Shown here: piece by piece, positions 11,868-23,800 of the stretch
Numbering within the stretch: position 1 is the first letter of the stretch
How the letters are laid out: each line of letters opens with the position of its first letter
Assembly: GCA_950097015.1 (NCBI GenBank)
Contig: CATNEN010000007.1
Span: 5,952,001 to 6,016,000, forward strand
Reading direction: 5' to 3'
Source: Macrostomum hystrix
Lineage: Eukaryota > Animalia > Platyhelminthes
Length of the DNA stretch: 64,000 bases
Translations under genes and position numbers: made by a program
The notes under the pieces: generated by a model
What the model was told of the DNA's origin: nothing
What the model saw: the letters and a program-made list of their open reading frames with translations, nothing else
Database searches by the model: none

Positions 11868-14800
11868 TCATTCACTTAAATGCAGGAACTGGTCATTCAC
11901 TTAACTACAGGAACTGGTCATTCACTTAACTACAGGAACTGGTCATTCACTTAACTACAGGAACTGGTCATTCACTTAACTGCAGGAACTGGTCATTCAC
12001 TTAACTGCAGGAACTGGTCATTCACTTAACTACAGGAACTGGTCATTCACTTAACTGCAGGAACTGGTCATTCACTTAACTGCAGGAACTGGTCATTCAC
12101 TTAACTACAGGAACTGGTCATTCACTTAACTACAGGAACTGGTCATTCACTTAACTGCAGGAACTGGTCATTCACTTAACTACAGGAACTGGTCATTCAC
12201 TTAACTGCAGGAACTGGTCATTCACTTAACTACAGGAACTGGTCATTCACTTAACTGCAGGAACTGGTCATTCACTTAACTGCAGGAACTGGTCATTCAC
12301 TTAACTGCAGGAACTGGTCATTCACTTAACTGCAGTAACTGGTCAATCAGCTAACTGCAGGAACTGGTCAATCAGCTAACTGCAGGAACTGGTCAATCAG
12401 CTAACTGCAGGAATACCGTCAATCAGCTAACTGCAGGAACTGGTCAATCAGCTAACTGCAGGAACTGGTCATTCAGTTAACTGCAGTAACTGGTCATTCA
12501 CTTAACTGCAGTAACTGGTCATTCACTTAACTGCAGGAACTGGTCAATCAGCTAACTGCAGGAACTGGTCATTCACTTAACTGCAGGAACTGGTCATTCA
12601 GTTAACTGCAGGAACTGGTCATTCACTTAACTGCAGGAACTGGTCATTCAGCTAACTGCAGGAACTGGTCATTCAGCTAACTGCAGGAACTGGTCAATCA
12701 GCTAACTGCAGGAACTGGTAATTCACTTAACTGCAGGAACTGGTCATTCAGCTAACTGCAGGAACTGGTCAATCAGCTAACTGCAGGAATACCGTCAATC
12801 AGCTAACTGCAGGAACTGGTCAATCAGCTAACTGCAGGAACTGGTCATTCAGTTAACTGCAGGAACTGGTCATTCAGCTAACTGCAGGAACTGGTCAATC
12901 AGCTAACTGCAGGAACTGGTCAATCAGCTAACTGCAGGAACTGGTCAATCAGCTAACTGCAGGAATACCGTCAATCAGCTAACTGCAGGAACTGGTCAAT
13001 CAGCTAACTGCAGGAACTGGTCATTCAGTTAACTGCAGGAACTGGTCATTCACTTAACTGCAGTAACTGGTCAATCAGCTAACTGCAGGAACTGGTCATT
13101 CAGTTAACTGCAGGAACTGGTCATTCAGCTAACTGCAGGAACTGGTCATTCACTTAACTGCAGTAACTGGTCAATCAGCTAACTGCAGGAACTGGTCATT
13201 CACTTAACTGCAGGAACTGGTCAATCAGCTAACTGCAGGAACTGGTCAATCAGCTAACTGCAGGAACTGGTCATTCAGTTAACTGCAGGAACTGGTCATT
13301 CACTTAACTGCAGTAACTGGTCAATCAGCTAACTGCAGGAACTGGTCATTCACTTAACTGCAGGAACTGGTCAATCAGCTAACTGCAGGAACTGGTCATT
13401 CACTTAACTGCAGGAACTGGTCAATCAGCTAACTGCAGGAACTGGTCATTCACTTAACTGCAGGAACTGGTCATTCAGTTAACTGCAGGAACTGGTCATT
13501 CACTTAACTGCAGGAACTGGTCATTCAGCCAACTGCAGGAACTGGTCATTCAGCTAACTGCAGGAACTGGTCATTCACTTAACTGCAGGAACTGGTCATT
13601 CACTTAACTGCAGGAACTGGTCATTCACTTAACTACAGGAACTGGTCATTCACTTAACTACAGGAACTGGTCATTCACTTAACTGCAGGAACTGGTCATT
13701 CACTTAACTACAGGAACTGGTCATTCACTTAACTGCAGGAACTGGTCATTCACTTAACTGCAGGAACTGGTCATTCACTTAACTGCAGGAACTGGTCATT
13801 CACTTAACTGCAGTAACTGGTCAATCAGCTAACTGCAGGAACTGGTCAATCAGCTAACTGCAGGAACTGGTCAATCAGCTAACTGCAGGAACTGGTCAAT
13901 CAGCTAACTGCAGGAACTGGTCAATCAGCTAACTGCAGGAACTGGTCAATCAGCTAACTGCAGGAACTGGTCAATCAGCTAACTTTAGGAGCTGGTCATT
14001 CACTTAACTGCAGGAACTGGTCAATCAGCTAACTGCAGGAACTGGTCATTCACTTAACTGCAGGAACTGGTCATTCAGTTAACTGCAGGAACTGGTCATT
14101 CACTTAACTACAGGAACTGGTCATTCACTTAACTACAGGAACTGGTCATTCACTTAACTGCAGGAACTGGTCATTCACTTAACTGCAGTAACTGGTCAAT
14201 CAGCTAACTGCAGGAACTGGTCAATCAGCTAACTGCAGGAACTGGTCAATCAGCTAACTGCAGGAATACCGTCAATCAGCTAACTGCAGAAACTGGTCAA
14301 TCAGCTAACTGCAGGAACTGGTCATTCACTTAACTACAGGAACTGGTCATTCACTTAACTACAGGAACTGGTCATTCACTTAACTGCAGGAACTGGTCAT
14401 TCACTTAACTACAGGAACTGGTCATTCACTTAACTGCAGGAACTGGTCATTCACTTAACTGCAGGAACTGGTCATTCACTTAACTGCAGGAACTGGTCAT
14501 TCACTTAACTGCAGTAACTGGTCAATCAGCTAACTGCAGGAACTGGTCAATCAGCTAACTGCAGGAACTGGTCAATCAGCTAACTGCAGGAACTGGTCAA
14601 TCAGCTAACTGCAGGAACTGGTCAATCAGCTAACTGCAGGAACTGGTCAATCAGCTAACTGCAGGAACTGGTCAATCAGCTAACTTTAGGAGCTGGTCAT
14701 TCACTTAACTGCAGGAACTGGTCAATCAGCTAACTGCAGGAACTGGTCATTCACTTAACTGCAGGAACTGGTCATTCAGTTAACTGCAGGAACTGGTCAT

Positions 14801-16421
14801 TCACTTAACTACAGGAACTGGTCATTCACTTAACTACAGGAACTGGTCATTCACTTAACTGCAGGAACTGGTCATTCACTTAACTGCAGTAACTGGTCAA
14901 TCAGCTAACTGCAGGAACTGGTCAATCAGCTAACTGCAGGAACTGGTCAATCAGCTAACTGCAGGAATACCGTCAATCAGCTAACTGCAGGAACTGGTCA
15001 ATCAGCTAACTGCAGGAACTGGTCATTCAGTTAACTGCAGTAACTGGTCATTCACTTAACTGCAGTAACTGGTCATTCACTTAACTGCAGGAACTGGTCA
15101 ATCAGCTAACTGCAGGAACTGGTCATTCACTTAACTGCAGGAACTGGTCATTCAGTTAACTGCAGGAACTGGTCATTCACTTAACTGCAGGAACTGGTCA
15201 TTCAGCTAACTGCAGGAACTGGTCATTCAGCTAACTGCAGGAACTGGTCAATCAGCTAACTGCAGGAACTGGTAATTCACTTAACTGCAGGAACTGGTCA
15301 TTCAGCTAACTGCAGGAACTGGTCAATCAGCTAACTGCAGGAATACCGTCAATCAGCTAACTGCAGGAACTGGTCAATCAGCTAACTGCAGGAACTGGTC
15401 ATTCAGTTAACTGCAGGAACTGGTCATTCAGCTAACTGCAGGAACTGGTCAATCAGCTAACTGCAGGAACTGGTCAATCAGCTAACTGCAGGAACTGGTC
15501 AATCAGCTAACTGCAGGAATACCGTCAATCAGCTAACTGCAGGAACTGGTCAATCAGCTAACTGCAGGAACTGGTCATTCAGTTAACTGCAGGAACTGGT
15601 CATTCACTTAACTGCAGTAACTGGTCAATCAGCTAACTGCAGGAACTGGTCATTCAGTTAACTGCAGGAACTGGTCATTCAGCTAACTGCAGGAACTGGT
15701 CATTCACTTAACTGCAGTAACTGGTCAATCAGCTAACTGCAGGAACTGGTCATTCACTTAACTGCAGGAACTGGTCAATCAGCTAACTGCAGGAACTGGT
15801 CAATCAGCTAACTGCAGGAACTGGTCATTCAGTTAACTGCAGGAACTGGTCATTCACTTAACTGCAGTAACTGGTCAATCAGCTAACTGCAGGAACTGGT
15901 CATTCACTTAACTGCAGGAACTGGTCAATCAGCTAACTGCAGGAACTGGTCATTCACTTAACTGCAGGAACTGGTCATTCAGTTAACTGCAGGAACTGGT
16001 CATTCACTTAACTGCAGGAACTGGTCATTCAGCCAACTGCAGGAACTGGTCATTCAGCTTACTGCAGGAACTGGTCATTCACTTAACTGCAGGAACTGGT
16101 CATTCAGCTAACTGCAGGAACTGGTCATTCACTTAACGGCAGGAACTGGTCATTCAGCTAACTGCAGGAACTGGTCATTCAGCTAACTGCAGGAACTGGT
16201 CATTCACTTAACTGCAGGAACTGGTCATTCAGCTAACTGCAGGAACTGGTCATTCACTTAACTGCAGGAACTGGTCATTCACTTAACTGCAGGAACTGGT
16301 CAATCAGCTAACTGCAGGAACTGGTCATTCACTTAACTGCAGGAACTGGTCAATCAGCTAACTGCAGGAACTGGTCATTCAGCTAACTGCAGGAACTGGT
16401 CAATCAGCTAACTGCAGGAAC
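11868..16421. repeat. 25-bp satellite (ggtcaWtcaSYtaactRcaggaact), ~180 copies
   Basis: Period 25 (ggtca at 11891, 11916, ...) with a small set of recurring variants. Confidence 0.97.
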
Positions 16422-16919
16422 AGGAAAGTTTTTAAGCTTACATGGGAAACCTGCAAACATTTTAGTTCGTTCACATTTAAATTATGCGATGCCAGAGCAT
16501 ATTATTCGACATTAATTTTAATGACCATCATGAAAGCATCAAAATGCACACAAAAAACTAGTTATTTTATGGCAGTGTAAGTGAGTCTTTAGTTTGACAG
16601 TAATTTATCACTGTAAGCAACGTGTAAGCTTTCTCAGCCAGCAGTCGGCATGTTGGATGCCCGCGAGTCGTAGGCCAATAGGCCCTGAGAAAACTCGTCC
16701 ACAGCCACCCCCTGGGAGATATGCTGTGGCTAAATAAGGTCAAAGCCTATTGGCATGCAGCTATCAATATTTTCGTCTGCGTTGCGAGTGCAATGGCTGA
16801 ATCAAATACACGAGAAGGTTGCCTCATCTGAGAACTTAACGACAGGCATGAGTGGGCCTTTTCGATGACAACTTCACGACGGAAGTCCATTCGCGATGAA
16901 TAAAAATAATATAATAAAT

Positions 16920-17115
16920 GCTGAAGGGCTGCGGGCACAGGAACATGATTTGGGGACACTTGACCTGCAGCCAGCGACGATGCAATTCTGCCCGTTTTGA
17001 GCTCCAGAGCACACACGCACATAGATATTGTACGCAGGCACACGCTCACACAGAAGTGTACATCTGCCCTGACTTACTCATCGTCAGGCAGTGTACAACT
17101 TCACTGTGCCTTGGA
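16920..17115 (-). repeat. Dispersed hairpin-containing repeat family, copy 1
   Basis: Reverse complement aligns to 33620-33820 and 48375-48566 (ctgcctgacgatgagWaagtcagggcag...cagaat...ggctgcRgg...tgtcaccaaatgatgtgcc..cccgcag). Partial copies at 17965-18030, 24665-24740 (-) and 45560-45670. Confidence 0.75.
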
Positions 17116-20100
17116 GGTGGGCCCCTCAAGGGCGTAAATTGCACGACAAGCCCCCCAGCTATCTCTCCACGGCTGCGCACCAAATTAATGTGGCCTCGCC
17201 GCGGAATCGAGCTCAGGGACCTTGGTGGGAGAGGCAAACGCGATGGATGAAGTAAAGGCACTAGCTCGAATCTGCAGCGTCTTCAAAAACAAACTTCACG
17301 CAAACAAAAATAGGCAGCAGATGCAATCTGATTGCACTTACTCAGTCTTTTGATGTAGGGTCCGGTGATACCCTTGAAAAACAAGACTGCGTGGCGCGTG
17401 AACGCTCAGGCACTCATCTACTGACAGGTACCTGAAGCAGCAGATCTGCTGGATTATTCCGCTGCGATGGGCAAATGGCCCTGGTAAATAGGGCCACAAC
17501 ACACCTGCGCGTTCTAAGCTCGGCAAACATCTACCCAGGGCGCTATACACTTGTTGATCGAACAACAGTCTCGTATTCTGCTATCGCAGGCAAACGTCAC
17601 ACGAGAGCTAAAAAACACGACCTGATGGGCGGTGTGACAGCGGCGCGGGGCCTACTGCTGCTGCTGACCCTGAAGATTAGCGGGCTGTAAGGAGAGACAT
17701 CAGCTCGATCGCGTGCCGTGCCAGCACGCAAGTAGGAGTTCGGCGGAGGAAACGAGGTGAAAGTTGTTCTCGAAACTGAGATCCTGTGTACCGAAATAAC
17801 CTGGATTGAGGCGCTTATCGCTGTTAATTCACTTTCTTTTCACAGGTGATCCATTTTTAAGGAATGCTAACTGGATAAGAGCCGAATCGCATGTACATAA
17901 CGACGTCACTGGTGAGGGCGAGGCTCTGGATGATGATGTTTCAGGCATTCTTTGCTGAGACTATGCTGAGACAGAATTGCCTCCTCGCTGGCTGCAGGTC
18001 TAGTGTCACCAAATCATGTGTCAGTGCCAACAGCACTTCTGCAATTATTGTTATTCATCGCGAATGGACTTCCGTTGTGAAGTTGTCATCGAAAAAGCCC
18101 GCTCAAGCATTTCGATCTGAACGCAACTTAGCAACGGCTCAGCTTCAGTTGAGCTGCCTGTCATTAAGTTCTAGAATTAGATGAGGCTAGGCTAGTATAA
18201 TACGGGGAGCCAATATCGTGGTTGAGACTCAGCGTGGATACGCTCCGTAGATGAGAAAAAATCTGATTGAAGAAGACTGAAGGAAGATTTGTTCCTAGGC
18301 ACCCAGACCTGGGTTCGCTCGCCAATAGATCATTCGCATGCTCATTTCCTCAAGACTCAAATCACACTCGGCTGTACAGCAAGGGCATCATTGGGCTTGG
18401 TACTCGACGCAGCTCACTGCAATCAAAAGGGAAATGAATTCAGCTGCCAGACTGCAATGTGACACTGCGTGGCTGCACCGAATGAAACTCAGAAGGGAAG
18501 GAAAGCAAAAAAGGGAATTAGCTCGGATTCGCTGACGATCAAGGCATAGAGAACGGAAATGATGAGAGTGGTACTTTGAAACGGGTAAAATGAGACTACG
18601 AGCGTATCACGATTGATCACGAATTCCCTTTTTACTAAAAAAAGCAATTGAAATACCTTGTCGCAGTAACGGTGAACCTGGCTTATTGACTTGAAACTTT
18701 TAGTTTTATTAAATCATCTTTGGCCACGAGAAAGTATAATTCCTACGGATCAATCGTTAGTGAGTTGGGGTGTTTTAACAGCTCAATGGAGCAAGGGCGA
18801 TGCAGCGGCAAGCTGTGAAGCGGGGGTACAAACAAAGGTCGTTTGAGTGCAACGAAACGATTGCGACAATGATGTCCCTTGAAACGGTTTCATGGCCCCT
18901 CCATGTGGATGAGGCAAATAGAAGAAACACCGAAGCGATCAAAATGATCAGGACTGTACAGCAGGAAAATGTTTATTTTCTCAAAAACTCTGCTAGACAA
19001 AACAATCCAGCTGCAGTTCAGAACAGGTAAATAAAAATAAACAGGCTTTTAGAGTAGGAAATAGCCATTTGAGTAGCCAGGCGAATTGAAAAGCTTCTCA
19101 GTACAAGCGGAAACTGTATTTGCCAGTGGAGTGGCGAGTTCCAGCGCTGAGTGAGCGTCAGCTTCAAGGGCGATGCACTTTTTCTGTCAGGCGAAAACAC
19201 AATCCGGAATGAGTAAGAGTAAGGACAGATAACAGAATAGAACTGCCTGGGTAGCCGACATCTCAGGCGGTTAATTGCATATTCGGAGCTGGCGCAAACA
19301 GCAAAGCATGCGATTTTCGAAACTCGGCAACAGAATATCTTCAGTTTCAATACAATGCTATTGCTGACAATGAGGGTGCAATTAGAACAGCCCCACCTTA
19401 CAGGGGAAACCTGGAATTATCTGAATATCTGAATTAGTCCGTACTTTGACTCCACTAAACTGGAAATTCCCGTTTGTTGTTTACATCCGAGTTCTGGGTC
19501 AACTTTGGATTCAGACGTTTGCCTTTGCCACTTCTGCCTACACATCTGCCTACTCCATACACATATGGAATACTTCAACCCGACTCAGATTAAGCTAAGG
19601 ATTACCTAAACATTACCTAGTCTCCACAACACTCCTAGGTCAGTTTACCTGCCCTCAGTCTACTCACCTCAAATCATTTGCCTAATCTCTATTCCGTTGT
19701 TCAATCCCTAACTCAGTTGTTAAATTACCATTCAGTTGTGTAATCCCTATTCAGTTGTCTCATCCCTATTCAGTTGCTTAATTAATATTCACTAATATAA
19801 TCCCAATTAAGTTGTTTAATTTCTATTCAGCTGTTTAATCTGAATTCAGATGCGTAATCCCCATTATATTAACTTCTGTTTTCGCCCAGATGAAATTAAT
19901 TATAAATCTGATTTCTGCCTTGGTTTCACAGCTGTCCCTGTCACAATGACCAGATTTTTGTCTCAAATGAAGGGTTGAAGTACAGCTGGCAAAAGTCTGT
20001 ATTTGTCAATCGGATTGACGTCAGCATGGCCGAAATCCTATTTTAGGATAATGATTTCCCACTAGTTAACAAATATTCGCTTTTGTGTGATGTTTTCATT

Positions 20101-20882
20101 TCTAGAAGCTGGAAAAACACAAATTCTGAGCCGCTAGTCTCATACAAAAACAGTTTCTGGCCAAAATCAATTGCTACAACTGCTTCAAGCGCTTACTCAG
20201 CTGCTGTTTGCCAATTGCTACAGACGAAGCTCAACCTTGCCTTGTTGCTTTTTTGTTATTTTGTTTTCTGCCTTATTCAACTGCATAGACAATGGCTAAA
20301 GTTCTGCTCATTGCTAGGAATCATTATTTTCATGACAATTATTCCACTTTAATCAGTCAATCAACCTGTCAATCAGCTACCCAAATGTAAAAGCATACTT
20401 TACGAGTGATGGGCGATGCAAAAAGAAAAAGTAGTTTCATCTCACAGAAGTCAGAACATCTCTCTCAATAACGTTTGATTCAATTATCTCGATGAGAAAA
20501 ATCTTTGAATAAACAAAACTTTTTCCCTTATGTTTTTAAAAGCAAAAATGCCAACGAAGCAATAAACTAGCCACTGTTGCCATAGCAACAGGAAACATTT
20601 AATGAGAGCAACAAATGGCAGCAAAAATAAATGTAAACTGCCTACTGTCAGTAGCCTGTGAGGCGGATTTTGAAGCCAGAAGTAAAAACATCTGTACGCG
20701 TTGTCAAGCAAGCCAGAATTCGAAGAAATTCGAAGAATGTGAATCGAATCAATCAAAGAGTCACGAGAAATTTCTGTGTACGCTTTCGCACCAGCCAACA
20801 CCCTCTTGATTTTCTCGTGACTCTTCGAATTCCCTGCAGTTGAGTTGAAAGAATGCCTTCAATGGGAATGAGAGAGTCAGTC

Positions 20883-23800
20883 CTAGTTGCCATTGTCGCA
20901 GCCTGTTGAATGCTGCTGCTGCTGCTTGTGCTTCTTCTGCACCGAGCGAACATTCCAGTGGAAGCAGTCGGCGAGGCCGCTGAACCAGTCCTGCAGCGGG
21001 CTCCGCGCCGATATGGAGGGCACCATGAACTCCGAGGTGGTGATGCTGACTGAGTCACCGGGCTGAAGCTCCTGCCGGTCCCGGCCGTCGAAGCTCACCC
21101 AGGCGTTGCCGCGGGCCGCGTCAGCCAAGCGCACCTGCGGGGGGAGATTCGGGAAATACTGAAGAACTGCTTCTGTCACCTATTGGGCTTAAGCTTCTGA
21201 CAGGTGAGTGCAACTGCTATAAACTGATTACAGCCTGGGTCACAGGTGAGTGCAACTGCTATAAACTGATTACAGCCTCGGTCACAGGTGAGTGCAACTG
21301 CTATAAACTGATTACAGCCTGGGTCACAGGTGAGTGCAACTGCTAAAAACTGATTACAGCCTCAGTCACAGGTGAGTGCAACTGCTAAAAACTGATTACA
21401 GCCTCAGTCACAGGTGAGTGCAACTGCTAAAAACTGATTACAGCCTCAGTCACAGGTGAGTGCAACTGCTATTAACTGATTACAGCCTCGGTCACAGGTG
21501 AGTGCAACTGCTATAAACTGATTACAGCCTGAGTCACAGGTGAGTGCAACTGCTATAAACTGATTACAGCCTCAGTCACAGGTGAGTGCAACTGCTATAA
21601 ACTGATTACAGCCTGAGTCACAGGTGAGTGCAACTGCTATAAACTGATTACAGCCTCAGTCACAGGTGAGTGCAACTGCTATAAACTGATTACAGCCTGG
21701 GTCACAGGTGAGTGCAACTGCTAAAAACTGATTACAGCCTCAGTCACAGGTGAGTGCAACTGCTATAAACTGATTACAGCCTCAGTCACAGGTGAGTGCA
21801 ACTGCTAAAAACTGATTACAGCCTCAGTCACAGGTGAGTGCAACTGCTATAAACTGATTACAGCCTGGGTCACAGGTGAGTGCAACTGCTATAAACTGAT
21901 TACAGCCTCAGTCACAGGTGAGTGCAACTGCTAAAAACTGATTACAGCCTCAGTCACAGGTGAGTGCAACTGCTAAAAACTGATTACAGCCTCAGTCACA
22001 GGTGAGTGCAACTGCTAAAAACTGATTACAGCCTCAGTCACAGGTGAGTGCAACTGCTAAAAACTGATTACAGCCTCAGTCACAGGTGAGTGCAACTGCT
22101 AAAAACTGATTACAGCCTCAGTCACAGGTGAGTGCAACTGCTAAAAACTGATTACAGCCTCAGTCACAGGTGAGTGCAACTGCTAAAAACTGATTACAGC
22201 CTCAGTCACAGGTGAGTGCAACTGCTAAAAACTGATTACAGCCTCAGTCACAGGTGAGTGCAACTGCTAAAAACTGATTACAGCCTCAGTCACAGGTGAG
22301 TGCAACTGCTAAAAACTGATTACAGCCTCAGTCACAGGTGAGTGCAACTGCTAAAAACAGATTACAGCCTCAGTCACAGGTGAGTGCAACTGCTAAAAAC
22401 TGATTACAGCCTCAGTCACAGGTGAGTGCAACTGCTAAAAACTGATTACAGCCTCAGTCACAGGTGAGTGCAACTGCTATTAACTGATTACAGCCTCGGT
22501 CACAGGTGAGTGCAACTGCTATAAACTGATTACAGCCTGAGTCACAGGTGAGTGCAACTGCTATAAACTGATTACAGCCTCAGTCACAGGTGAGTGCAAC
22601 TGCTATAAACTGATTACAGCCTGAGTCACAGGTGAGTGCAACTGCTATAAACTGATTACAGCCTCAGTCACAGGTGAGTGCAACTGCTATAAACTGATTA
22701 CAGCCTCAGTTACAGGTGAGTGCAACTGCTATAAACTGATTACAGCCTCAGTCACAGGTGAGTGCAACTGCTATAAACTGATTACAGCCTCAGTCACAGG
22801 TGAGTGCAACTGCTATAAACTGATTACAGCCTCAGTCACAGGTGAGTGCAACTGCTATAAACTGATTACAGCCTCAGTTACAGGTGAGTGCAACTGCTAT
22901 AAACTGATTACAGCCTCAGTCACAGGTGAGTGCAACTGCTATAAACTGATTACAGCCTCGGTCACAGGTGAGTGCAACTCCCACAGCGGTTCGCAGCGAA
23001 CCTTGATGCTAGTGCTGGCCGGCAAGACCACGGGACGGAAGCTGAGCGAGTGCGGACACACGGGAGCCACCAGCAGAGCTGGCACTGAGGGATGCAGCAT
23101 GTTTGCACCTGCAGCCATGGCGTAGGCGGTGCTGCCAGTGGGGCTGCTCACAATGAGGCCGTCGCCCTGCACCGTAGTCACCGTGCGCTCCTCGATGAGC
23201 ACGTCTAGAATGCACAGGTTGCCTGAGGGACCGCGATCGATCACAACTTCGTTTAGCACCTGCGAAGAGAACAAAATTGTTTGAAATGTAGCTCACACGA
23301 TCAGATAAACTTAAGCTCATAATCTTGAGGTAGATTAAAATCGATATACGAACTAGCCTACTTAGAAAAAATAATAAAATGTTAGTATCAGGAATCAAGA
23401 GTGACAAGTAGGATTCCAGAGTTACAGGTAGGATTCCAGAGTGACAGGTAGGATTCCAGAGTTACAGGTAGGATTCCAGAGTGACAGGTAGGATTCCTAA
23501 GTGACAGGTAGGATTCCAGAGTGACAGGTATGATTCCAGAGTTACAGGTAGGATTCCAGAGTGACAGGTAGGATTCCAGAGTTACAGGTAGGATTCCAGA
23601 GTGACAGGTAGGATTCCAGAGTGACAGGTAGGATTCCAGAGTTACAGGTAGGATTCCAGAGTGACAGGTAGGATCCGGATTCCAGAGTGACAGGTAGGAT
23701 CCGGATTCCAGAGTGACAGGTAGGATCCGGATTCCAGAGTGACAGGTAGGATCCGGATTCCAGAGTGACAGGTTGGATCCGGATTCCAGAGTGACAGGTT

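Noticed and set aside
17979-17992. GCCTCCTCGCTGGC, identical to the P3/L3 segment of the HDV ribozyme, within the dispersed repeat
   Set aside because: There is no GG for P1.1 after the putative P1 strand and no downstream P2 partner or J4/2 element in any copy, so the double pseudoknot cannot be built.
10661-22979. 34-, 25- and 42-bp arrays as CRISPR arrays
   Set aside because: Units are head-to-tail with no unique spacers, there are no cas genes, and the context is eukaryotic.
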